A DNA stretch of 64,000 nucleotides from Rhodanobacteraceae bacterium (GCA_031425695.1 JANPJV010000300.1:16625-80624), one strand, 5' to 3'; counted from the stretch's first letter, positions 1 to 10,400 are shown. Numbers and translations: made by a program. The notes: generated from the sequence alone by a model not told the origin.

Positions 1-9
1 GGATTTCGA

Positions 10-378
10 GTGGCACCCATCATCGCAGGACTTGGCTTTCAGCCCTGGTTCGGCTTCGATAAGCGCGGAGCGCTAATCATCAGTCTCGACATCAAGTCAG
101 ACTCGGAAGCGTTGAAGGAAAAGGCTCGTGTAAACGCGAGAACATGGGCGCACGCATTTTTTTCCAAAGTGCCAAATTTAGCGAACAGAGTTCAGACGAA
201 GAAGGCTAACGCGACATACGGCGCAGTTCTGATTCAGCTCGAACCCGACGGATTTGCCTGCCTACCTGAAGCAGAGTTGCATTCTAAGGTCTCCGAACAT
301 GCAAACACTGTTTATATCCCGCTGGTCAAATTTTTGATCAAGTGCCAGACTGAGTTTCGGTCAAAGGGCAAACAGTAA
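10..378 (+). CDS. hypothetical protein, probably the 3' part of a gene starting left of the window
   Basis: ORF track 122 aa. The frame is open back to nt 1 (gga ttt cga, no stop), so the GTG at 10 may be internal. AT-richer than most of the window. No motif recognised. Confidence 0.35.
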   Translation: MAPIIAGLGFQPWFGFDKRGALIISLDIKSDSEALKEKARVNARTWAHAFFSKVPNLANRVQTKKANATYGAVLIQLEPDGFACLPEAELHSKVSEHANTVYIPLVKFLIKCQTEFRSKGKQ

Positions 379-439
379 ACGTCGAAGGTTCGCGCAGTGG
401 GCCCTATCTGACGTTGGCACATTTTGAGTCGAGGCTACT

Positions 440-1741
440 ATGTCGAGGATTGGTGGGTACGTTATCCGCTTGTCGAAACCGAGAATTGAGGCCTTTGAGT
501 ACCGGCTTGATAAATCCAGATTTGCTGAGCCGGTGGATGAATTTCAGCACAGCAGAAGCGTTCCTCTAGTATGTATATTCGCTTCGTCCCACGGTCATAT
601 CACACACATAGGTTTGGGACACCGCGGCACCTCTGCGGGAACAGAGATGCGAAGGCTAAACATATCGGACATCCACGAGCTCAACGAGCCATTGAAATTG
701 GAGGGCTTCCTTGAGACAACTCCAAAGATGCACCAGAAGAGATTAGCCGAACGTTTCCGAGCCGGCGGGAAAGTCTCCGATAAAGCGTTTGATGTGCTTA
801 TCGAGGCCATGGTGGGAGCCAGACCTGAACTGCTGCCAAGATTGGCAAAATTTCGCACCGCTCGTCGCGCACGAATCGCGGCATTGTCCGCGCGCGCAAA
901 AACAATTCTTGCTGAAGAGAAGGAGGCAATCGGGACGGCGCTCGCAATGTCCGGGATTGATCGAAATGCAATCGGCGCGTGGGATTTTCAGGGGGACGAC
1001 ACTCCGACATCTTTTCTCGCGGGGCTTCCGGGCGCCCGACTCCGAGAAGACCAAATGATTATAAACGACCTCCAAAAATTTCCTGGCCTAAACCAAGTGG
1101 CAGCACATATCGCCTGTTCCGTAACGTTTGCTAGCGACAGCAGGACGCTCACAGTAGTCCTAGCAAACAGGCTTCCTCTTGAACAACTAACTGGCGTAGA
1201 TCTTATTTACTACAATCAAACATTTCGCTGCTTTTTGATGGTGCAATATAAAGCCATGGAGGCGGATGACGAAGAGGCCGAGGCAGTATTTAGATTCCCA
1301 GAGAAACAGATGTCTGAAGAAATTTCTCGCATGAAGAGGCTTCTCAAAGCATTCGCTGGCGTTCAATCAACCAAGCATGCCGACAGCTACAGGGTAAACG
1401 AAAACCCGTTTTTCCTAAAATTCTGTCCACGGCTCGTATTCGATCCGGATAATCAGTCACTGTGCAAAGGAATGTATTTGCCGCTAGATTATTGGGTCGA
1501 GTTGAGTGCTCATCCTGCAATGGTCGGCCCTAAAGGTGGAATGCGGTTGAGCTACAGAAATGTTAGGAGGTACTTGGACAACACCAGCTTTTGCACCATT
1601 GCTGGTTCTGGCTGGATCGGCACGACCTTTGAGCAGTCGAGTCTATTGGAGAAACTTGTTCGAGAAACCCTTGAGTCGGGCCGGGCTGTGGTCCTGGCCT
1701 CGTTCAACAATAGTGATGTCAGACATCGCGTGGGGGACTAA
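440..1741 (+). CDS. hypothetical protein with PD-(D/E)xK-like nuclease signature (function tentative)
   Basis: 433-aa ORF with GAGG 6 nt upstream of the ATG. 'REDQMIIND' is followed by 'GVDLIYYNQTFRCFLMVQYK' (D-x14-QxK on hydrophobic strands), as in restriction-endonuclease-fold / Shedu-type cores. N-terminal 'PLVCIFASSHGHITHIGLG' domain unassigned. The gene call is fairly safe; the function is a guess. Confidence 0.55.
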   Translation: MSRIGGYVIRLSKPRIEAFEYRLDKSRFAEPVDEFQHSRSVPLVCIFASSHGHITHIGLGHRGTSAGTEMRRLNISDIHELNEPLKLEGFLETTPKMHQKRLAERFRAGGKVSDKAFDVLIEAMVGARPELLPRLAKFRTARRARIAALSARAKTILAEEKEAIGTALAMSGIDRNAIGAWDFQGDDTPTSFLAGLPGARLREDQMIINDLQKFPGLNQVAAHIACSVTFASDSRTLTVVLANRLPLEQLTGVDLIYYNQTFRCFLMVQYKAMEADDEEAEAVFRFPEKQMSEEISRMKRLLKAFAGVQSTKHADSYRVNENPFFLKFCPRLVFDPDNQSLCKGMYLPLDYWVELSAHPAMVGPKGGMRLSYRNVRRYLDNTSFCTIAGSGWIGTTFEQSSLLEKLVRETLESGRAVVLASFNNSDVRHRVGD

Positions 1742-1807
1742 TGGATTGGTCAAATTGCTGTTGCATCTTGGCGCGACATAGATCCCAAGCAATTTCTCTG
1801 GATTAAA

Positions 1808-2335
1808 GTGATTGAGACAGATATGAAGCTCGCAATAAGAGAGGCAGATGACCCTTTCTTGGAGTCACTTATCGGGCGTATTTTCCATGTGACGAGTCTT
1901 CAGAACTTCGATGTGATAAAGCGCGCCGGTGTTATCTGCGCGCACCCGTGGCCAAGGCCAGAGAGTCCGTTCGGCGATCGAACCAGCACCTATTTTCGCA
2001 GTAGGGGATGCATCTCTGTGTTTGATTATTCGACCCCCAGCCACGACCAAATAAGGACCTCTTGGCGTAGGTGCTGTCCACTAGACGCTGCTCGTCCGGG
2101 CCCTGCCATTTTCGTATTCCTACCTGCTTCGTTCTTTGTCCAGCTCGTGTCGTGGACTGATTGGCAAGATGAGGAGTCAACCTTGACCATCGTGCCGTAT
2201 GTTGAGGCCGGATATCCCGACGCCATTAATTTGGCCGATATTTCAGAAGTAATGCAAGTAGAGCGAACTTGGTGGCCAACGGTGGCGACTGGCACTACCT
2301 TGGACATGCTACTGCGCCGGCCGTTCCGGCGCTGA
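1808..2335 (+). CDS. hypothetical small protein; ordered H..Y..E motifs reminiscent of DarT-like ADP-ribosyltransferases (tentative)
   Basis: 175-aa ORF (GTG 1808; alternative ATG 1823). 'RIFHVTSLQNFDVIKRAGVI', then 'STYFRS', then 'VPYVEAG'. 66 nt downstream of the 433-aa ORF, same strand, same AT-richer composition. Confidence 0.5.
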   Translation: MIETDMKLAIREADDPFLESLIGRIFHVTSLQNFDVIKRAGVICAHPWPRPESPFGDRTSTYFRSRGCISVFDYSTPSHDQIRTSWRRCCPLDAARPGPAIFVFLPASFFVQLVSWTDWQDEESTLTIVPYVEAGYPDAINLADISEVMQVERTWWPTVATGTTLDMLLRRPFRR

Positions 2336-2550
2336 CCGATAGGGTTGCAATGGCCAAACTCAGAACCCACCATTTCGGGCATTCCTACCCGTAGACTCGG
2401 CCCGGCAGGCTTTTTTGCAGCCGGTGGTCGCTGCGGTTCGGGTGCGACTGTTGCCACCAACAGGGTGCTAATCAATGTCGGAGATTTGGGCTAAATCGGC
2501 GAGGTGCTGGGCGCGGAAAGCCTGTGAAGGTCCGCTGCGGAGGACCGTTT

Positions 2551-3300
2551 ATGCCCAGCCTTGACGTCTCGACCCTGACCGACGCGCAACGTCCCACCGG
2601 TGTGTGGGCAGCGGCGCTGCTGCTCGCGGTCGCGCGAGATGAAGCGGCTGGCCGACGGAGGCCCGCCCTCACTGAGCCGAAGATGGACACCTGGGCCCGC
2701 TTTCGTGGCCGCCTCTCGAGCGTTGATCTCATATCGCTGCTCTTCGAAGACGCAGCGGTTCTTCACCAGCTTCCCTTCGACCCGCAAGCGGTCAGCGGTC
2801 CGTTGAGCCTTGATGGACTTCCCGATGAAGTGGCCGACGGCTGGCTGAGGGCCATCGAGCACTTGCCGTTGAACACGGGCGGCGCGGACTACATCCTTGA
2901 ACAGGCACACCTGCTAGGACTGCCGACGCGCATGGCGCGCTCGGAGCTGCACGTCGTGAAGCCGCATCAAAAGGTGCTTGAGCTCCCGGGGACCGGCGGC
3001 CAACTCGCGCACCACGTGGTGAGCAGCCAGCAAGACCTCACGCTGCAGGATAACTTCGTCGTTGCATGCAGCTTTTGGCAGGAGCTGACTCTCGCGGGCA
3101 TCGTTGGGCTCGAGCTCGGTGCGCCACACACCAACTTCGTGGCAAGGACGGAAGCGGCGGACCTCAAGAAACCGGAGCACCCACTACGTCAACGTTCGTT
3201 CGATTTCGTCGTCGGGCTTCATCAGGACAAGGGCGGACTCTTTCTCATCGAGGACCAGCTCGCGCTCTGGTTCCCGGCCGCGAAAATCCTGCTGGTCTGA
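2551..3300 (+). CDS. class I methyltransferase-like protein with degenerate catalytic motif, coupled to pglW
   Basis: The ORF track starts at GTG 2524. ATG 2551 has a GGAGGA 7 nt upstream, so it is preferred. Motif I-like 'VLELPGTGGQLA'. About 65-70 aa later comes 'FDFVVGLHQ', where amino-MTases have FDxxxxNPP[YF]. The stop at 3298-3300 is 3 nt before the pglW ATG. Confidence 0.6.
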   Translation: MPSLDVSTLTDAQRPTGVWAAALLLAVARDEAAGRRRPALTEPKMDTWARFRGRLSSVDLISLLFEDAAVLHQLPFDPQAVSGPLSLDGLPDEVADGWLRAIEHLPLNTGGADYILEQAHLLGLPTRMARSELHVVKPHQKVLELPGTGGQLAHHVVSSQQDLTLQDNFVVACSFWQELTLAGIVGLELGAPHTNFVARTEAADLKKPEHPLRQRSFDFVVGLHQDKGGLFLIEDQLALWFPAAKILLV

Positions 3301-3303
3301 CCG

Positions 3304-6300
3304 ATGGCCGCCAAGTTCATCCAGATCGGTGAGTCCGCGCACGACGCCGAACGGCAGGCGCTCCGATTTCTTGTCGAGGGGCTGACAGAGGCCTTCACCG
3401 TCTATGGCAATGCTTGGCTCGTCGAGCGCAGCGGGGTTGTATACGAGCTTGACGCGGTCGTTGTCGCGCCGCACGCGGTCTTCGTCGTCGAGATCAAATC
3501 GTATCGGGGCCGCATCGAAGGCACCGACAACGACTGGTGGTTGCCCGAGAAGATTCGCAGCCCGCTCAAGCTCAATCGCACCACCTCACAGGTGCTCAAA
3601 TCGCACCTGAAAAACGCGAGCTACCAAGCTGGCCAAGTGTGGACCGAGGGTCTCGTGTTCCTCTCGGCGACCACCGACGTCGGCGTACGCGGACCCGCAA
3701 GCAACGACCGCATCCATACGCGCAAGACCATCCTTGCCGCGCTCCAGGACCCGGCGTTCATCACGCGTCTAAGTGGCGGCCGCTCGCTCACGCCGTCATC
3801 GAGCGCTGAGCGTGAGCTGCTCGAACTGTTCACGGGCGTCCAGGGGGGCCCGCGCCCGGTCCGGCGAGTTCGTGAGTACGAGGTGATTGAGACTCTCGAC
3901 CACCACGACACATTTACAGAACTGCTCGGTCGAAACACGCTCTCTGGCGCCGAGCGCGTGCTCCGCATCTACAGCACGCCGCCACTCGCGACACAGGCAC
4001 AACGAGACCGCATTGCCGAGCGTGCGCGCTGGGAGGCGCAAGTTCTCGGCCGCCTTGGGCGTAGCGAGGGCGTGCTCACGGCAGAGCAGCCGTTCTCCGA
4101 TGAAAGCGGCATCGTGTTACCGCTCGAGCACTTCAAGGGCATCACGCTCACCACCTGGGTCGAGCGCTACGGCCCCGACGTGCGCGGCAAGGAACGAGCC
4201 GACCTCCGCGTCCGCACGGACCTGTGGATGCGCCTCGCGCACACCATCGACGAGGTACATCGCCAGGGTGTCGTGCATCGCCTGCTACGCCCCGACGTTG
4301 TGCTAGTCGAGGACAAGCAGGAGCCAACCGAGATTCGCGTCACGGGCTTCGATCTCGCAAAGCAGATGACCAGCGACGCGACTATTTCGCTCACGACCAT
4401 TCACGACGACCGACTCGTGTTTGCCGCGCCTGAAGTCGTCACAGCTTTCAGCAGCGCCGAACCGGCTTCCGACCAGTTCAGCCTCGGCGCGATCCTGGCG
4501 CTCATCCTCACTGGCCGGCCGCTGTTCGAGAACACACGCGAACTGATGGCCGCCGGTAGGCTCATGCGCCGCGTTCGCGACGTCTCGCAACGCCTGCCGC
4601 TTAGCCTCGACGAGGCTGTCGCGCGAATGATCGAGAGGCGCGCCACCGACCGCTATCCGACGCTCGCAGAAGCCATCACGGCAGTGCGCGTTGGCCGCGA
4701 TCCTTCACCGCGAATGCAGCAGGCGCTACTTCCAATCGCGGGGCGCACGCCACTCGACGCCGACAACCTCCAGGCCGGAACGAGGATCGGCTCGGACTAT
4801 GAGATCGTCACGCGGCTCGGCCAGGGCGGCATGGCGGTGGTCTACGCTGCGCGCCATCTTGTCAGCGGTCGTACGCGCGCGCTCAAGATCGCCCGGTCGG
4901 AAGACGCCGCCGAGGAGGCACTGCGCGGCGAGTACCAGGTGCTCGCCGGGCTCGACCATCCGAACATCGTCCGGGTCATCGACCTGACCAAGATGGTTGA
5001 GGGGCGCCTCACGCTCGTCATGGAGCGCGTGAGCGGGATGACCCTGCGGCAGTGGCTCGCGCAGAACCCTGCGCCCGAGCCCAACGCACAACGCCGCCTC
5101 GCCGAAGACCTAATCGCAGGCATCGACTACCTCGAACGAACGTCGGTCACGCACAAGGATCTGAAACCCGACAACTTGCTCGTCTCGGACGGGCAGCTCA
5201 CCATCATCGATTTCAGTCTCGCGGCGATGCCTGAGGATGCGTCCTACGGCGGCACGGCTCTCTATCGCGATCCCTCGAGCGTCCGTTGGACGCATGCAAC
5301 TGACCGCTTCGCCGCGGCACTCTGCCTGTTCGAGCTATACGCCGGGCGACATGCTTTCGACGGCCGGGTGCCCGAGCCAGGCCAAGCGCCAAACGTTTCG
5401 GAAGACGACATTCAGCCAACGGGTCTGGCCGCGTTCTTCCGGAAGGCGCTCGACTCGACGCCGGAAAAGCGCTTCCCCTCCGCGCGTACGATGCGCGAGG
5501 CGCTTCTTATCGCGCTCGGCGAAGATACGACCCCGACTTCCGTCGAAACGCTGCCGAGGCAGATCGACGCGACCACGCCGCTACGCACCACGGGCCTGTC
5601 GACGCGCGCAATCAAAACGCTCGCACGCTGTCAGGTAAACACGGTGGGACAGCTCCTATCGCTGCCCGTGGCTCAGATCCGTGCCATCCACGCCATCGGT
5701 ACCAAAACCGCCAATGAAATCATCGCGTTCCAGGAGACACTGACTTCGCGCGGGCTCGAGGGCACCTCGACGTCCACAGCCACCATCGAGCCGCCGCTGG
5801 TCCCCGATCTAAGCAATTCACCTGAGCCGGTGCAGAAGCTGCCACTTAGCGACGCGCTGCTCTCCGCGCTCGCGCAGGGCGGTCTGCCAACGGTTGGCGC
5901 GGTCGCGGCGCTCACGCGCAGCGAGTTGCTCGGACTTCCCGGCATCGGCCGGAAAAAACTCGCTGAGGTCGTCGAGGCGCTGCACCAGTTCCGCGCGCGC
6001 ACCGAGGGCAAGTCTGGCGGCGCTGAGGGCGGCGCGCACACGCTCGACCGGATGTGGGAACTGGCCTCGCGCCCGCTGTCGGACGGCCAGCGCATCGCCG
6101 TCGAGCGCACCATCGGCATCACCGGTGCGCCCGAGACTCAGGAGCATATCGCTGGCGATCTCGGCAAGACCCAATGGCAGATCGGCCAGGATCTCTCCAG
6201 GGGCCTAGAACGCCTCGACCTCACCGCGTTGGCGGACCTCACAAACGCATTTGACGCAGTCGTCGACGGCTTCGGTGGACTCGTGCGACTGGACGAAGTC

Positions 6301-7398
6301 GGCCAGCGTTTCGAGACCGAGTGGCCCGCCGGCATCGTCACCGGCGAAGGCATCGTGCGTCTGCTCGTGCGCGTCACGCCGGGCCGCGCGAACCTCTTGG
6401 AGATCGGCGGCGCTGAGCAACCAGTGGTCGCGCGGCCCATCTTCGACCGAGATACAGTCAAAGCATTCGCCGCCGAGGTAGTGCGGCTCGCTGGCCAGTG
6501 GCCACCAGTCGAGCCCGACACCGCGCGGCGTACGCTCGCGGGACTGCTCCCACACTTCGGCGGCGATCCGCTCGCACTTGGTGTGCGTATCTGCGACGAC
6601 GTCGAGATCGCCGAGACCGGCCATTTGTTCATCGGCCCCGTTGATCCGAAGCAGAGCATCGGCTTCATCATTGATCAGGCGCGAGAGCCGGTTACGCTCG
6701 ACGACCTGGCAGTTCGCGTACGGCGAGTTTTCGGGTTGCACACACCGTACCCGGATCAAGACAGCCTGCTCGCCATCCTGCACGACCTCGACTGCCGGGT
6801 GCAGGGCACAGATGTGTTGCCGGGCCGCGCGGGCTCGATTGTTGCAGCGCAGCCCCTAACGGCCGACGAACTACCGAGCGGCTTCGGCGCCGAGCGCAGC
6901 CCCGAGCTGGTGGTGCGTGACATGCTGAAAGAAGCGGCTGGTTCGCGCGGCTTCCGCATGCTGGTGACGCCACCCGAGGATCACGGCGAGATCGCACGAT
7001 CCGTTCCCGCCGCGCTCGGCGGCAAGTGGGTTTCGTTTGATGACGCATTCTTCGCCGAGCACGCGGCCGACATCAAGTCGCTCGAACGCGCCGAGCGCTT
7101 CGTCGCGCAGCGCGAAGCGCTAACCGAGGCCGCCGAACAGACACTCTTCAACCTATTGGAAGAACACGGTCGGCCGGGCAACGTAATCGTCCTCGGCGAC
7201 ACCGCGCTGTTCGGCTTGTGCGAGGCGCTCGACCTGCCGCGCCGGCTCTACGACGAGACGCTCTCCGGCAGCCGCGGTTTTTGGGTTCTCGTGGTTCCAG
7301 GCGTCATCCACAACCGTCAGCCGCGCTTTAACGAGGGCCCCGCCATGTGGCACCTCGAGGGCGCGACACTGCCTCTTCTAAACCCGCTTTCGGGCTGA
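3304..7398 (+). CDS. pglW: BREX type 2 serine/threonine kinase PglW (NERD + tandem kinase-like domains + HhH motifs)
   Basis: 1364 aa. NERD-like 'LDAVVVAPHAVFVVEIKSYRG'. First kinase-like domain degenerate ('HRLLRPDVVL', 'FAAPEV'). Second domain intact ('LGQGGMAVVY', 'ALKIA', 'HKDLKPDNLL', 'IIDFSLA'). Two HhH-like segments ('IHAIGTKTANEI', 'LPGIGRKKLAEV'). Confidence 0.9.
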   Translation: MAAKFIQIGESAHDAERQALRFLVEGLTEAFTVYGNAWLVERSGVVYELDAVVVAPHAVFVVEIKSYRGRIEGTDNDWWLPEKIRSPLKLNRTTSQVLKSHLKNASYQAGQVWTEGLVFLSATTDVGVRGPASNDRIHTRKTILAALQDPAFITRLSGGRSLTPSSSAERELLELFTGVQGGPRPVRRVREYEVIETLDHHDTFTELLGRNTLSGAERVLRIYSTPPLATQAQRDRIAERARWEAQVLGRLGRSEGVLTAEQPFSDESGIVLPLEHFKGITLTTWVERYGPDVRGKERADLRVRTDLWMRLAHTIDEVHRQGVVHRLLRPDVVLVEDKQEPTEIRVTGFDLAKQMTSDATISLTTIHDDRLVFAAPEVVTAFSSAEPASDQFSLGAILALILTGRPLFENTRELMAAGRLMRRVRDVSQRLPLSLDEAVARMIERRATDRYPTLAEAITAVRVGRDPSPRMQQALLPIAGRTPLDADNLQAGTRIGSDYEIVTRLGQGGMAVVYAARHLVSGRTRALKIARSEDAAEEALRGEYQVLAGLDHPNIVRVIDLTKMVEGRLTLVMERVSGMTLRQWLAQNPAPEPNAQRRLAEDLIAGIDYLERTSVTHKDLKPDNLLVSDGQLTIIDFSLAAMPEDASYGGTALYRDPSSVRWTHATDRFAAALCLFELYAGRHAFDGRVPEPGQAPNVSEDDIQPTGLAAFFRKALDSTPEKRFPSARTMREALLIALGEDTTPTSVETLPRQIDATTPLRTTGLSTRAIKTLARCQVNTVGQLLSLPVAQIRAIHAIGTKTANEIIAFQETLTSRGLEGTSTSTATIEPPLVPDLSNSPEPVQKLPLSDALLSALAQGGLPTVGAVAALTRSELLGLPGIGRKKLAEVVEALHQFRARTEGKSGGAEGGAHTLDRMWELASRPLSDGQRIAVERTIGITGAPETQEHIAGDLGKTQWQIGQDLSRGLERLDLTALADLTNAFDAVVDGFGGLVRLDEVGQRFETEWPAGIVTGEGIVRLLVRVTPGRANLLEIGGAEQPVVARPIFDRDTVKAFAAEVVRLAGQWPPVEPDTARRTLAGLLPHFGGDPLALGVRICDDVEIAETGHLFIGPVDPKQSIGFIIDQAREPVTLDDLAVRVRRVFGLHTPYPDQDSLLAILHDLDCRVQGTDVLPGRAGSIVAAQPLTADELPSGFGAERSPELVVRDMLKEAAGSRGFRMLVTPPEDHGEIARSVPAALGGKWVSFDDAFFAEHAADIKSLERAERFVAQREALTEAAEQTLFNLLEEHGRPGNVIVLGDTALFGLCEALDLPRRLYDETLSGSRGFWVLVVPGVIHNRQPRFNEGPAMWHLEGATLPLLNPLSG

Positions 7399-7408
7399 GC
7401 CAACTTCG

Positions 7409-10400
7409 ATGAAAGCAAGCGACCGAGCCCGCCTGACCACCGCTCTGCGCGACCATGTTGCGAAGATCGCTGGCGATCTGCGCGTCAAGATTCGCGCACC
7501 TGGCACCGTGCGGGCGGCCGCTGAGCAGCTTCACCGGGACGAGCGCGTCGGCGAAGATTTCGAGGTCTGGACCGACCTGCTTTCGCGCCGCGCGGCGGTG
7601 CTATGGGTTCTCAAGTCGGTCTACTTGCGTGTGCTCGAAGATCGCGGGCTCCTGCACCCTGGACGTCTGCTCGATGCCGAAGCGCAGCAGCTCTTCGAAA
7701 GGCTCGCGCCCAACCTCGGCGAGACCGCTTTCCTGCGCTGGATCTACAAAGACCTCGCGAGCCGGAATGGAGGCCTGCCAGAGCTGTTCAGTCCACAGCC
7801 CGCGGAGGTGGCGCTGCCCTCCGACGATCTTTCGCGCGCTCTGATCGCTTTCTGGCGCCACCGCGACGCCGACACGGGCACTGTGTGGAGTTTCGCCGAG
7901 GAGCATTTCGAGGGCGAGCTGATGGGCGACTTGTACCAGGAGCTCGATCCGGTCGTAAAAGACCGCTTCGCGCTTTGCCAGACGCCCGACTTCGTGCGCG
8001 CCTTCATCCTCGACCGAACGTTGACACCGGCCATCGAGACTTTCGGCGCCGACGAAGTACGGCTGCTGGATCCAGCTTGCGGCTCGGGCCACTTCCTCAT
8101 AGACGGGCTCAAGCGCATCGTTGCCGTGACCGCAGAGAAGCACCCGGACTGGGACCGCGCAAAGGTCGTCGCGCACGCGCTCGATCGCGTCGTCGGCATT
8201 GACCTCAACGACTACGCCTGTGCGCTGGCACGGACGCGCCTCATCATGACGGCTGCCGAGCTGGCGGGCGTGACCAAGCTCGGCGACGCCGCACGCTTCC
8301 ACCCGCACGTGTACTGGGCGGATGGGCTGGAGCAGGTGGAACGTGATGAAGTGAATCCAGCGTTTCAGTACGCGCTGTTTGGGAAGGTCGAAGAGAAGCC
8401 ACTCGCCACACTCACGCGCTCGGATGTGCGAGCGGCGCTCAAGAAGGTCTTCGAGAAGAAATTCCACGCGGTCGTGGCGAACCCGCCGTACATCGTGGAG
8501 CGCGATGAAGCGCGAAAGAAGTACCACCGGGAGAAGACGGGAAAGAAGCAGCGCTACGTCTCGGCATATCGCCAGTACTCGCTCGCTTCGCCCTTCACCG
8601 AGCGCTCCTTCCAGCTCGCAGAGAAGGCCGGTTACATCGGTCTCATCACCAGCAACAATTTCATGAAGCGGGAGTTCGGCAAGCCCCTCGTTGAGGAGTT
8701 CCTAAGCGGTATCGACCTAACGCTCGTCGCCGACACCTCGCAGGCGTATATCCCGTTCCACGGCACGCCAACAGTCTTGCTCTTCGGTCGAAACCAGCCG
8801 CCTAAGAGCAACACGGTTCGCGCGGTCATGGGCAAGCGCGGCGAGAGCGGCACTCCAGAGGACCCAGCCAAGGGCAAAGTGTGGTCGAGCATCGCCGACG
8901 GCTGGGACCAGAGCGGCTTCGAGAGCGAGTATGTCAGCGTCACCGATCTCCCGCGCGAGACGCTGGAAGAGCACCCGTGGAGTCTCGGTGGAGGTGGTGC
9001 GAGTGAGCTGAAGGAGTTCCTCGACCGCAATGGCATCTCGTATTTGAAGGATTTGATCACAGTAATCGGACGAACCAATGTCGTCGGTCACGACGACATA
9101 TGGATTGCTCCAGAGGCGAGCTTTCGACGACGCGGTCTCCGCGACGTTGTTGTGCCCTTCGTGATCGGCGAGACCGTCCGCGACTGGACGATCATCGATG
9201 CACCCTTCGCCATCTATCCGTACTTGGAGATGGGGGGAGCCACGTTTCCAGCGACTCACCCGCTCGTGACTGCTCTCTGGCCGTGGCGAGCGCTTCTCGA
9301 ACGCCGCACCGTCTTTGGCAAGGAGATGAAGGAGCACGGGCGCCCTTGGTGGGAGCACCTTGAGCACTACTCTGACCGCCTACGGACACCCCTCTCAATC
9401 GCTTTCGCCTTCGTCGCGACGCACAACCACTTCGTTCTTGACCGCGGCGGAAAGGTGTTCAAACAGAGCGCGCCAGTCATCAAACTCCCGGCCGGCGCCA
9501 GCGAAGACGACCACCTCGTGCTGCTGGGGCTGCTGAACTCGTCGACCGCGTGCTTCTGGATGAAGCAGGTGTTTCACAACAAGGGTGGGGGAACTGACTC
9601 GGGCAAGATGCAGTCGGACCTAGCCAAAGTCGCCCATGAATTCACGGCGACCGGATTGGAAGACCTGCCAGTCCCGGATCTTGCAACGAACCGAGCGTCG
9701 ATTGTTCGGATGGCACGGGCTATTGATGTCTTGGCCACTGAACGCGCGTGGGTGCTTGCCCGTGTTCTTCCCTCGATCGAGCTCCTAGCGGCCACCCCTA
9801 GCGAAGAACTGCTCGCAGTTATTTCAGCTGCCCGAGAACGTGAAGGACTGCTCTTGCAGCGACAGATCGTGCTCCAAGAGGAACTCGATTGGTCGGTCTA
9901 CAAGGCATTCGGGCTTGTCGAGCTGGAGGATGAGAATGCGATTTCTCTGCCCGAGTCCAGTATCGAAGTTGTTGAGGTTCCGATTGGCGCGCGGCCGTTC
10001 GAGATCCTTCAGGCACGCGGAGGTCGCATCACGGGCGTGGACTCCCAGTCCTTGGCTTCTCGGCTGCCAGATACGGTTGACGCGACGGTAGCGGCAGTCT
10101 GGGAGGCCAGAATGCGCGTAATACAAGCGTCCCCAGCGCTCTCATTGATCGAGCATGAGCGATACAAGCGACGCTGGCTGCTCACCCCGAAGCATCTCGC
10201 CGGCAGAGTAGAGACTTTTGATGATCGTCTCGGGATCAGACTTCGCATGCTTATCGGAGATCTGGTTGAGCTTAGTGCCAGACGGAGAACCTCAGCGTTT
10301 GACATCGCGCGCATAGCCGCTGACCTGCAAGCGGACGCCCGATTCGACATGCTGGCCCAACTGATTACCGGTCGACGCGACTTCAGCATGGATCAGCTCA

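Noticed and set aside
2395-2430. CCGGC-aggcttttttgca-GCCGG after the 175-aa ORF as an intrinsic terminator
   Set aside because: It has only a 5-bp stem, and the T-run sits in the loop rather than after the stem. This is too weak to call.
9232-9237. G6 run in pglX (also a G6 at 14716-14721 in pglY) as a phase-variation tract like the G-run reported in Streptomyces pglX
   Set aside because: Six G is short and expected by chance in this composition. There is no evidence of variability from a single sequence.
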